DNA from: an uncultured Planctomycetales bacterium | GTDB taxonomy: Bacteria > Omnitrophota > Gorgyraeia > Zapsychrales > JANLHA01 | NCBI GenBank assembly: GCA_964489065.1 | Contig: CAZAXH010000004.1 | Location: forward strand, 150,304 to 214,303 | Length of the DNA: 64,000 nt | Reading direction: 5' to 3' | In this document: piece after piece, positions 18,303-27,158 of the stretch | Numbering within the stretch: the first letter of the stretch is position 1 | Layout of the letters: each line of letters opens with the position of its first letter | The notes under the pieces: model-generated | What the model saw: only the letters and a program-made list of their open reading frames with translations | Database searches by the model: none | Told to the model about the DNA's origin: nothing | Translations under genes and position numbers: made by a program

Positions 18303-20690
18303 ATGATTCACCGGATAAAAAATCAAGCCGTCCTCATCCCCTTTTTCCTGGCGATTCTGCTCGTTATCGCGTTCTACGATGTCGTCTTCCTGAACAAAAC
18401 CTTTAAAGTCACAACTGCCAACTCCCAGGCCCTGCCAACCGGAGCTTACGGCCAGGAAAATAACAAACCCAAATTTATTCCCGTAAACGGCACGGATTCT
18501 CCGGTCATGGAAGAGCCCGTGTACGAATTTATCAAACGCAACCTCAGGAAAGGCATCATCCCTCTCTGGAATCCCCACCAGGCCTGCGGGTATCCGCTGA
18601 TCGCCATGATCGAGGTCGGCATGTTTTATCCGTTGATGTTCATTCTCTATCTCTTCCCGGAACTTTTCGCGTGGGACATCATGATCCTTTCCCGGTTCCT
18701 TGTCGCCGGCTGCCTCACCTACTGGTTCATGCGCACACTAGGGCTGAAAACAATCCCGTCTCTCTGCTCCGCCGTCGCCTTCATGCTCAGCGGGCCGCTT
18801 TTATCGCTCCAATATTGGACCACCAACGTTGACATCATCACGCCTTTCATCCTGCTGTCTCTGGAACGGCTGCTCCGCAAACAACGGCCGGTCGACACAG
18901 CGCTTCTTGGTGCCGCCGTCACATTCAGTATTCTGGGCGGGCATCCGGAGCATATTCTTCTGGTCAACTTTTACTGTTTCTGTTTCTTCGTATACCGAAT
19001 TTTTGTATTCCGGCGTTCCTTCCCGGCCAAACACGCGATCCAACGGTATCTTCTGGCATATCTTTTAGCGTTTGGGCTCACGGCGTTCATCACGTTTCCT
19101 TTTCTGAAAAACATCTTATTTGAATTCTGGCACGCACATCCTCCCAGAGTCGGTCTTCTTTTGGAAGAACAACGCTCCCGCGCCCTGACCCTAGCGATCC
19201 CGTATTTCTTCCAGGAGGTTCCTCTCACTTATCAGTGGGTTTTTTCCGGATGGTGGGGGGGCTACATCGGGGTATTGCCCTTTGCCCTGACATTCCTAAG
19301 CTTTTTCAATAACCATAAAAAATATGCAAACGTTTTTTTCGCGTTGATGGCTTTTCTGATCATCAGCAAACAATACGCCCTGCCTTACATCAACTGGATC
19401 GGGTATATTCCGGGCTTCAGCGTCTGCCGTTTTGGGCCGCACATGCCGGCTCTCGCCGCGTTCTCGGTGGCCGTCTGCGCCGGCATGGGGGTCCGGGGCA
19501 TCTTAAACGGCCGCCATTTATTTCTGAAAGGAATGCCCTTCAGCCTGTTTCTGATCGGGATCGTGACCGCCCACCTCATCCTGCTGAAAAATCCCGACGG
19601 ACAAGACCAGGCTTTACGCGCAAGCCTGGCGGCTTTCTCGCTCATCGTCATCTTTCAAGGCCTCCTGTTCTGCCGGGATAAAAAAATTCTAACCAAACCC
19701 GTGACCGGATTTTTGCTCTTGGCGGTTGTGTTCGGGGAGCTCTTCTCTCATATTCACCGGGAAAGGCCGTTCAGATTCCAGTCTTTCGGCGACGTGCCCT
19801 ATATCTCCTTTATCAAAAATCAACCCGAACGGGCCAGAAGCTACGGAAACTTCTGGGCTTTTTACCCGAACACCGCTTCCGGATTTGAGGTAGACGACCT
19901 GGGGATTTTCTTCAGCCTGGTCCCAAAACGTTTCGTCCGTCTGGTAAACACGCTTTTCGTCCCCCATCATTTCCGCGATGATCTGCGGCCGCCGGCCTTG
20001 AGAGCGATCCCGCTGCCTTTCAGCGAAAACATCCTGGACTTGCTCAACGTGCGCTACATTATCAAACCGGCGGATTCAACCTTTGAAAAAAAGTTTTCTC
20101 ACTTTAAAAATGTGACAAAGGATTACACGCTTGTCTACCGAGAAAAAGTGGACGTCTACGAAAGGCCCAGCGCTTATCCCCGCGCCTTTATTGTCCATAA
20201 AGCGGTTTTCCTTCCGGACGACGAGCCGTCCCTGCAGGTGCTGAAGCAGCTGAAAGATAAAAGCCGCTATGTTGCCGTGATTAACCACCCACCCGTCACA
20301 ACGATCCAGCGCCTGCTGCAGGCGACCCCCATAGAGGATCGCTCCGACGTTAAAATCACCCACTATTCCGCCAACCAGGTCGTCCTGAAGGTTGACATGC
20401 AATCTCCCGGGTTCCTGATGCTTAGCGACGCCTACCATCCGGATTGGCAAGTTTATGTAAACGGAACGCTTTCCAAGATATTCCGCGCCGATTATTTTAT
20501 CCGGTCGGTTTTCCTCTCCGCCGGGTATCATACAGTACGTTTCGTTTTTTCCCCGGCTTCTTTCAGGATCGGCGGCATCGTCAGCTGCGCGTCCCTCCTC
20601 ATCCTTATCTTCCTCTGCGCTCGACAGGCCCGAGATCATCGCCGGGCACAGCGGAACTCCGTAGCACACCTCTCCGCGGAGAACCTTTAA
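18303..20690 (+). CDS. YfhO-family polytopic membrane protein (GT-C-like glycosyl/lipid transferase superfamily)
   Basis: 795 aa, about 14 TM helices, large C-terminal extracytoplasmic domain. Architecture typical of YfhO. Confidence 0.6.
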   Translation: MIHRIKNQAVLIPFFLAILLVIAFYDVVFLNKTFKVTTANSQALPTGAYGQENNKPKFIPVNGTDSPVMEEPVYEFIKRNLRKGIIPLWNPHQACGYPLIAMIEVGMFYPLMFILYLFPELFAWDIMILSRFLVAGCLTYWFMRTLGLKTIPSLCSAVAFMLSGPLLSLQYWTTNVDIITPFILLSLERLLRKQRPVDTALLGAAVTFSILGGHPEHILLVNFYCFCFFVYRIFVFRRSFPAKHAIQRYLLAYLLAFGLTAFITFPFLKNILFEFWHAHPPRVGLLLEEQRSRALTLAIPYFFQEVPLTYQWVFSGWWGGYIGVLPFALTFLSFFNNHKKYANVFFALMAFLIISKQYALPYINWIGYIPGFSVCRFGPHMPALAAFSVAVCAGMGVRGILNGRHLFLKGMPFSLFLIGIVTAHLILLKNPDGQDQALRASLAAFSLIVIFQGLLFCRDKKILTKPVTGFLLLAVVFGELFSHIHRERPFRFQSFGDVPYISFIKNQPERARSYGNFWAFYPNTASGFEVDDLGIFFSLVPKRFVRLVNTLFVPHHFRDDLRPPALRAIPLPFSENILDLLNVRYIIKPADSTFEKKFSHFKNVTKDYTLVYREKVDVYERPSAYPRAFIVHKAVFLPDDEPSLQVLKQLKDKSRYVAVINHPPVTTIQRLLQATPIEDRSDVKITHYSANQVVLKVDMQSPGFLMLSDAYHPDWQVYVNGTLSKIFRADYFIRSVFLSAGYHTVRFVFSPASFRIGGIVSCASLLILIFLCARQARDHRRAQRNSVAHLSAENL

Positions 20691-20727
20691 AAACAAAAGG
20701 ACAAACCAAAGTTTGTCCTTTTGTTTC
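20689..20727. terminator. bidirectional terminator between convergent genes
   Basis: Perfect 16 bp stem AAACAAAAGGACAAAC-caaa-GTTTGTCCTTTTGTTT, with T-runs on the plus side and A-runs on the other. Confidence 0.8.
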
Positions 20728-20751
20728 CCTGAAAATAAAAGTACAGCCGGA

Positions 20752-21021
20752 TCAGATGGCGTTATTTTTTCTGCCTGTTTTCCCGGATTTCTTTTTTTCG
20801 ATTTTTTCAGCTTCTTTCTTTTTCTTTAACTGCAGTGCCTGATATTTTTCCGGCATATGATACTTCATCCACACTTCCGCATATAATCTCAGCCATTCGT
20901 CCGTTGCCCTCTCAATGCCGATACTATATCCTGCTTTCTGGCTTTCAATCCACAGATGCCGATTAATTTCTTCAATGACCTGTTTATTTTTCAGCAATTC
21001 ACGAACGTCGGTGATTTTCAT
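20752..21021 (-). CDS. hypothetical 89-aa protein with Lys-rich C-terminal tail
   Basis: ATG start and a clean ORF. No family recognised. Confidence 0.45.
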   Translation of the reverse strand: MKITDVRELLKNKQVIEEINRHLWIESQKAGYSIGIERATDEWLRLYAEVWMKYHMPEKYQALQLKKKKEAEKIEKKKSGKTGRKNNAI

Positions 21022-21152
21022 ACGCCCTCCTTCGTGGTAAGAAAACTTAAGGCATAGAATTAGTTATGAAAAAAGGTTTTATTCCTTTTTCAAATTCCGC
21101 GCCAATTATATATCTTTAAAACATAAAATTCAAAACTTTTTTTATATTTATA

Positions 21153-23291
21153 TCAGGCTAAAACGCTCTCGTGTTTTGAATCACGGAGAAACATCACCGG
21201 AGAGCCGACAGCGTCTGTGATCCGGCGGATAGTTTTGAGGTCGGGGCTCTCCGCCATCCCGAATATATTCATCTTCGCAGGAGGCGCCGATCGGATGATC
21301 TCGGCGAAAATCCCTATCAGAACCGTCATCTCAACTTCTAAGGGCAGACGCATCAACTTCTTGAGTTTAGACAGGTAGGCATATCCTTCCGTAACGTCTT
21401 TTTCCTCCGGCACGACCAGGATCACCCGCACTCTGGTCTCCCGGGTTTCCATCAGCTTCAGGGCGATCAGAATCGCAAGGTTAATATTAGGTGTATGTTG
21501 ACGTATCCATAAATTAAGAACCCTCCCGCTTTCCCGACCCTCCCCGGTATACGGCCTAAGAATAATAAGCCCCAACCCCGCTTCAGCAGCTTTTTTCAGG
21601 ATCCGCAATGTCACGACGTCCTTTTCCGGCCCGTCCGGCATATAATAAAACAGCGTGTTGGGCGGGAACAACATGTCCTTGGCCATTTGAATAATAATAT
21701 CGCTCGCTGCAAAGAAATCCCGGGACTCGATCACGCTTCCTTCCACAAAAAAACCCTCCTCTTTTAACGCTTGAACACTGGCCTCCAAAGGACACGCCCC
21801 GCCCTCCCGGAATGCTTCTCCACCCGGACGGGCCAGCTCCGGCGTCATATCCGCCTTCACCTGCACGAACATCAGCCGGCCGGATGGGAACGCCACATCT
21901 TTAATAAACTCCACCGCAGGCTGATATTTATCCCAGTCGTTGGTAATAACCAAAAGGTTAGGTTTCCAAATTTTGGGATGATAGGGCAGGCGGTCGGCCA
22001 GCTTGGCAAACTGTTCCGATAAAAACACCAGCAGCCCGCTGCGGACGTCTGGGGAATGGACATTGATTTCCCTCCGAATCAGAATAGTATAAATCATCCC
22101 AATCACGACGAACGTAATAAGACTAAATTTAAAATCAATCAACAGCATCATGATAAGGCACCCCAGCCCGCCTGCAAAAGACACGACACGGGAGATGCGG
22201 AAAGTCGGACGAAAGCTGGCTATGCCGATCGATTGCTCAATAAAAACCGAAAAGTTAATCATGCCGTAGGTAATGAGAAAAAACATGGTTAAAAGGCTGG
22301 CCAGGGCATTAAGATTTCCCAATAAAATAGTGATCAATGACAATACCGCTGTCAGCAGGATGGCGTTAGCCGGTTCGCCTTTATGATTCGTTTCCGAAAA
22401 AGTATGGGAGTACGGGATGATCGAATGCTTTCCCAAAGCTAGGAGCGTGCGAGGACTACTGACGAACATGCCGAGCGCCGAAGAAACCGTCGCCCCCATA
22501 ATTCCAAGCGTCACGAGCCATCCCCAGTGGCCTAACCGGATCACGATGGACGTGTCGGCCACGAGATCAACCGCAGACACATGCAACGCAAACCAAGCGG
22601 CCAGGCTGATGTAAATAAGAAAACTTAACACAACGGCGGCCAATGTTCCTAACGGAATGCTCCGCCGGGGATCCTTGAGCTCCCCCGACATGGAAGCCCC
22701 GGCTAAAACACCCGTAACCGCCGGAAAAAATATGGCAAAAACTTTCCAGAAACCTTCCGTTCCCATTCCGGATAAAATCGGCAAAACATCAGGATTCCGA
22801 CTGCCCCCCAAAAAGATTGAAATCAACGAAAGGCCGATAAAGGCCATAATGATATATTGCATCCGAAAAGCCAGACTGGCGCTGCGGTAAGTCACGACCA
22901 AAAGAAGGCCCCAAAGAACAAGCGAGACCAAAAGGGCGGAATGGGCCGGGAACACCGAAATCCAGCATTCGGTGAACCCGGTGATATAAAACGCCACGGA
23001 AAGCGCCTGGGAAATATAAAGCGGAATCCCTATCGAACCGCCGGCTTCTATCCCGAGGGATTTGGTGATGATGGAATAAGCCCCGCCGGTTCCGATCCGG
23101 ATATTGGTCACGATGCTTGACATGGACAAGGCCGTGGCCAAAGTAATAAAATTTGATACAATAATAATCACCAGCGCCGAAAAAAGCCCGACCTGCCCGA
23201 CCACCCACCCCAGCCGAAGGTACATGATGACGCCCAGGATGCTTAAAAGCGTCGGGGTAAAAACTCCTTCAAATGTTCCAAAACGCCTCAT
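21153..23291 (-). CDS. APC-superfamily transporter resembling cation-chloride cotransporters (SLC12-like) with C-terminal cytoplasmic domain
   Basis: N-terminus FGTFEGVFTPTLLSILGVIMYLRLGWVVGQ matches the SLC12/AA-permease signature. 12 TM helices plus a roughly 250-aa C-terminal domain. Confidence 0.7.
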   Translation of the reverse strand: MRRFGTFEGVFTPTLLSILGVIMYLRLGWVVGQVGLFSALVIIIVSNFITLATALSMSSIVTNIRIGTGGAYSIITKSLGIEAGGSIGIPLYISQALSVAFYITGFTECWISVFPAHSALLVSLVLWGLLLVVTYRSASLAFRMQYIIMAFIGLSLISIFLGGSRNPDVLPILSGMGTEGFWKVFAIFFPAVTGVLAGASMSGELKDPRRSIPLGTLAAVVLSFLIYISLAAWFALHVSAVDLVADTSIVIRLGHWGWLVTLGIMGATVSSALGMFVSSPRTLLALGKHSIIPYSHTFSETNHKGEPANAILLTAVLSLITILLGNLNALASLLTMFFLITYGMINFSVFIEQSIGIASFRPTFRISRVVSFAGGLGCLIMMLLIDFKFSLITFVVIGMIYTILIRREINVHSPDVRSGLLVFLSEQFAKLADRLPYHPKIWKPNLLVITNDWDKYQPAVEFIKDVAFPSGRLMFVQVKADMTPELARPGGEAFREGGACPLEASVQALKEEGFFVEGSVIESRDFFAASDIIIQMAKDMLFPPNTLFYYMPDGPEKDVVTLRILKKAAEAGLGLIILRPYTGEGRESGRVLNLWIRQHTPNINLAILIALKLMETRETRVRVILVVPEEKDVTEGYAYLSKLKKLMRLPLEVEMTVLIGIFAEIIRSAPPAKMNIFGMAESPDLKTIRRITDAVGSPVMFLRDSKHESVLA

Positions 23292-23376
23292 AAAGCCTTT
23301 TCCTGGTCTTTAAAAACCACGTAGGAAGAGCCGATAAGGAAGGATAACCAGGCCGCGGAAACGCAAAAACAACCTG

Positions 23377-23904
23377 TTAAACATCGGATGTGTCCAGGCC
23401 GAAGTCTTTTTTGATTTTTAATTTCGCCTCAATAAAATCCTGGTGGTCCACACCGCACAGTCCGGAGATTTTTCGAATCACGTCCTGCTCTTCATGAGCC
23501 AGATCACCGTCCGAGCAGGCCACCCGGAACAGGTTCTCGACAATATTTTTTTTGACCGCGTAAGACAGCCCCCGGCTGACTTCCCGGGTGAAGGTAAACA
23601 AATCTATTCTGTCCCTGGCCGCCAGGCGTATGGAGCTTAAAACGACCGGCATGTTCTCGGGCCCGACCCCGCCCACGGATTCCAGGACCGTTTTAATCGC
23701 GGACTCTTCTTCCGGAAGAAATGTTTTATCTTCTTCCGCCACGACCCACAAAAGCACACCCAGCGCGATCTTATCATCAAGTTCAACCTGTGCCGGAGAG
23801 TCCATCCTGTCCTTCCACACAGATTGAATAACGGTATTGCGAAACCGGTCTAAAAATCCTGACACAAAAACCTCATTCTTTGACAACCCGGAAATAATCG
23901 GCAT
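23377..23904 (-). CDS. TerB-family (tellurite resistance/DjlA N-domain-like) protein
   Basis: Paired-helix TerB domain (LLWVVAEEDKTFLPEEESAIKTVL...). The alternative ATG at 23805 has a better SD (GGAAGGA), and using it removes the 32-nt overlap with the upstream gene. Confidence 0.6.
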   Translation of the reverse strand: MPIISGLSKNEVFVSGFLDRFRNTVIQSVWKDRMDSPAQVELDDKIALGVLLWVVAEEDKTFLPEEESAIKTVLESVGGVGPENMPVVLSSIRLAARDRIDLFTFTREVSRGLSYAVKKNIVENLFRVACSDGDLAHEEQDVIRKISGLCGVDHQDFIEAKLKIKKDFGLDTSDV

Positions 23905-24400
23905 TATACTGATTTTTTAGCCGTTCCGTGGGAAACACATAAGAAATCACATCCATGGCCATCATCACTTTCACCGTGTCAATTTTTTCATTGCCGTCAA
24001 AAACCGAAAGCCGGCTTCCCTCCGACAGCCCATTCAAAGCGCCTAATGTCACGACCCAGCTGGGAGATGCCCGGTCCACCCATAAATAGCCGTCTTTGAC
24101 ATCCTTGATTTTTTCATCATACACTTTATCCGCTTCCTGAACCACCCGGGACACCGCCACTTCCGACCCCAGGGCATCAAGCAGCTTGATATTTGTCTCT
24201 TCCACTTCGGCTTTCGTTTCCTCGGCCAGACTCACCTGCGCCTTAAGAAGAGACAATTCCTCATCCCGGACTCTCAGCTTCCCGAAAATAAGCACAATGA
24301 CCACCGCCATACCCAGGAAAGATAAAAGAATAAAAAAAATCCCCAGGTTAAACTGCACACGGGTCGCATGTTTAGGAAAACCTGATTTTTTCTGTTTCAT
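23873..24400 (-). CDS. membrane-anchored coiled-coil protein with C-terminal beta domain related to that of 2671-3999
   Basis: ATG at 24400 (MKQKKSGF). TM helix, coiled coil, and C-terminal YLWVDRASPSWVVTLGALNGLSEGSRLSVFDG, similar in pattern to the C-terminus of the 442-aa protein. Confidence 0.5.
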   Translation of the reverse strand: MKQKKSGFPKHATRVQFNLGIFFILLSFLGMAVVIVLIFGKLRVRDEELSLLKAQVSLAEETKAEVEETNIKLLDALGSEVAVSRVVQEADKVYDEKIKDVKDGYLWVDRASPSWVVTLGALNGLSEGSRLSVFDGNEKIDTVKVMMAMDVISYVFPTERLKNQYNADYFRVVKE

Positions 24401-24511
24401 TCTATGGCCTTGCGAATCAATCACTTAAATATCATTTTTATCTTATGACAAGCCGTCTTGGAATGCAACACTCATTCCATAATTTTGGAAAAATTATTTT
24501 AAAAATTACTC

Positions 24512-24540
24512 TTGAAAAATGCCCCCCCATGGTGCATAAT
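24512..24540 (+). promoter_or_regulatory. candidate promoter of an orphan short transcript
   Basis: TTGAAA, 17 nt, CATAAT. Alternatively an extended -10 reading TGcATAATT. Confidence 0.4.
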
Positions 24541-24546
24541 TTAGTT

Positions 24547-24637
24547 GTATATGGTATGGAGGTTGGATGATAGCGAAAGCGTCTGAAGGCCTATCACCTT
24601 ATAAGGACGATCCAGTACTGATCGTCCTTATTTTTTA
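24547..24637 (+). ncRNA. candidate ~90-nt small RNA (promoter plus intrinsic terminator, no plausible complete ORF)
   Basis: Terminator AAGGACGATC-cagtact-GATCGTCCTT followed by TTTTTT at 24603-24636. Lies in the intergenic gap between the convergent pgi gene and the divergent 183-aa gene. Confidence 0.3.
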
Positions 24638-24650
24638 TGTCCAAAATCTG

Positions 24651-25925
24651 CTATTGCCTGCCTAAAAGCGCAAACATTTTCTTTTTATACGCTTCAACTC
24701 CAGGTTGATTAAACGGATTCACTTCCAGCAAATAACCGGTAATGGCCACGGCCTTTTCAAAAAAGTAATACAATTCTCCCAAAGTAACCGCATCAAAACA
24801 GGGGATCGTAATAGTCATATTCGGGACGCCCCCCTCATAATGCGCCATAGCCGTTGCCTTATAAGCCTGTTTATTCACAAAATCCAAATCTTTGCCGGCC
24901 ACACAATTAAAATTATCCAGATTCGCGTCATCGGACGGAATCATAACCTCATGCCCGGAATTCTCCGCCATCAGGAAAGTTTCAAACATGTTCCGCTCTC
25001 CCTCCTGAAGCAACTGCCCCATGGAATGAAGGTCGGTCGTAAAACTGAGTGACGCGGGAAAAATCCCTTTGCCGTCCTTGCCCTCGCTCTCGCCGAACAA
25101 CTGTTTCCACCATTCTTCGACAAAGGACAGCCGCTGATAAAACGTTGACAAGACCTCGATAACTTTGCCGCTCTGATATAAAAGATAGCGGGCGGCGGCA
25201 TATTGATAAGCGGAATTTTTTTCCATATCCATGACCCCGTAACCGACCCTTGCCTGCCGGGCGCCCTGAAGGAGCCCTTTGATATCAATACCGGCGATCG
25301 CCAAAGGAACAAGCCCCACCGGTGTCAAAACTGAAAAACGCCCGCCCACATCATTATTAATGGAAAAGGACCGGTAGCCCTCCTTTTTTGTAATCGACCG
25401 TAATGCCCCTTTCTCCGCATCTGTGATCGTGATAATACGCTTTTTAAGCTCCTCCTTCGAATATTTCTCTTCCATAAATTTTTTGATAACACGAAATGCC
25501 AGCGCCGGCTCCGTGGTGGTCCCGGACTTGGATATCACCACAACCGTGACGCGCTTGTCTTTCAAGTGCTCCATCAAATGATATAAATAACCGGAGCTTA
25601 AATTCTGACCGGCGAAGTAGACCGGCATTTTCTGGCCAGCAATTAAGAATTCCAGAGAAGCCCTGATCCCGACATAAGACCCGCCGATGCCGATGCAGAC
25701 CAGGCAATCGGAGTGTTCCCTGACCGTCCTGGCCAAAACCAAGATGTCGTTCAGGACGGAATCTTCCGTCTTGGCAGGCAAATCGAGCCACCCGGTATAC
25801 TCGCTCCCTTTTCCGGTCTTCTTCAATAAATGATTATGCGCCTTCTCGACGGCCGGCTGGACGTTTTCAAAATCCTGGCCGGACAGAAACCCCTCCAGAT
25901 TTTTCTGATCAAGCTTGATATTCAT
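24651..25925 (-). CDS. pgi: glucose-6-phosphate isomerase
   Basis: 424 aa, sugar isomerase (SIS)-type PGI fold motifs. Confidence 0.75.
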   Translation of the reverse strand: MNIKLDQKNLEGFLSGQDFENVQPAVEKAHNHLLKKTGKGSEYTGWLDLPAKTEDSVLNDILVLARTVREHSDCLVCIGIGGSYVGIRASLEFLIAGQKMPVYFAGQNLSSGYLYHLMEHLKDKRVTVVVISKSGTTTEPALAFRVIKKFMEEKYSKEELKKRIITITDAEKGALRSITKKEGYRSFSINNDVGGRFSVLTPVGLVPLAIAGIDIKGLLQGARQARVGYGVMDMEKNSAYQYAAARYLLYQSGKVIEVLSTFYQRLSFVEEWWKQLFGESEGKDGKGIFPASLSFTTDLHSMGQLLQEGERNMFETFLMAENSGHEVMIPSDDANLDNFNCVAGKDLDFVNKQAYKATAMAHYEGGVPNMTITIPCFDAVTLGELYYFFEKAVAITGYLLEVNPFNQPGVEAYKKKMFALLGRQ

Positions 25926-25962
25926 CTTTTATCCTTTCTGATAAACACATTGAGCGAACTCC

Positions 25963-27081
25963 TTATCCTGATGCGGGACACTCCTGGCCCAGAGAGGTTT
26001 CAATCACACCGCCGCCCAGAACCGTGTCTCCCTCATATAAAACCACGGATTGTCCCGGCGTCACTGACTTTTGCGGCTCATCAAAAACAAGCCGGCTCTT
26101 CCCGGACTCCAAAACAGTCAGCCGCCCCTTCACGTCCCGAGCATTATAACGAATCCGCGCCGTGACCTCAACCGTTCGTTGCGGGATCATCGGCTGCAGG
26201 TAATTCATCTCTCCGGCCAGCAACCCTTCCGCGTAAAGATACTCTTCCGGCCCGACATAAACGGTGTTCTCATCAGGGTCAATCCTGTAAACATAAACCG
26301 GAACCCCGAGGGCGATCCCGAGCTGGTCTCTCTGGCCGATCGTGTACCGGGCGATCCCCTGATGCCGGCCCACGACCTCCCCTCTCGGATTTTTAAACGG
26401 ACCGGGAAGAAACCCCTCCGCCCCGGGTCGGGCCTGAATAAACGTTTTGTACCCACCCGGCGGGACAAAACAAATATCCTGACTTTCCGCTCTTTCTGCC
26501 GTCGGAAGTCCCCAACGGCGCGCCAGGCCCCGGACTTCTTCCTTGCTCAAATTCCCTAAAGGAAACACAATAAACGGCAGGGCCTCGGCGGCAAGCCCGT
26601 ACAGAAAATACGACTGGTCTTTATTCGCGTCCGCCCCTTTCCGAAGCCGGAAACAGCCTGTTTCGTCATAGCGGTCGATCCGGGCGTAATGCCCGGTCGC
26701 CAGATAATCCATCCCCAATTGCTTCATCAAAGCCCGCAGCGCACCGAACTTCAAATACCGGTTACACCGCACGCAGGGATTGGGCGTGCGGCCGCGGCCA
26801 TATTCCTCAATAAAATCTTTAATCACCAGATCTTCCAGGTCGCGGGAAAAATCCAGGACATGATGCGGAACCTCCAGGCACCGGGCAACGGCTCGCGCCG
26901 CCTGGATGCTTTCCTCTCCGCAGCACGCGGGCCTCCGTCCGGAGGGGGAAGGGATACTAAAACACATCGTCACCCCTTCCACTTCATAGCCCTGTTCCTT
27001 CAAAAGCGCCGCCGCCACCGAAGAATCAACCCCGCCGCTCATCGCGACCGCAACTTTCTTCCTTCCCCTGTCTTTGACCAT
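25963..27081 (-). CDS. mnmA: tRNA 2-thiouridine(34) synthase MnmA
   Basis: PP-loop VAVAMSGGVDSS. ATG at 27081 with GGGAGGG SD. The track start 27111 is GTG. Confidence 0.85.
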   Translation of the reverse strand: MVKDRGRKKVAVAMSGGVDSSVAAALLKEQGYEVEGVTMCFSIPSPSGRRPACCGEESIQAARAVARCLEVPHHVLDFSRDLEDLVIKDFIEEYGRGRTPNPCVRCNRYLKFGALRALMKQLGMDYLATGHYARIDRYDETGCFRLRKGADANKDQSYFLYGLAAEALPFIVFPLGNLSKEEVRGLARRWGLPTAERAESQDICFVPPGGYKTFIQARPGAEGFLPGPFKNPRGEVVGRHQGIARYTIGQRDQLGIALGVPVYVYRIDPDENTVYVGPEEYLYAEGLLAGEMNYLQPMIPQRTVEVTARIRYNARDVKGRLTVLESGKSRLVFDEPQKSVTPGQSVVLYEGDTVLGGGVIETSLGQECPASG

Positions 27082-27158
27082 ATCCCTCCCGCCCCCGCCG
27101 CGGCCTAACACCCCTCGCGGCTATTCCCGGCAACCGGAGAGCCGTCCCTTTCCCCCGT

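Noticed and set aside
24567-24662. 32-aa ORF with GGAGG SD inside the candidate sRNA (MIAKASEGLSPYKDDPVLIVLIFYVQNLLLPA).
   Set aside because: It spans the intrinsic terminator and overlaps the 3' end of convergent pgi. Termination at the U-tract would leave it without a stop codon. Kept only as a caveat on the sRNA call.
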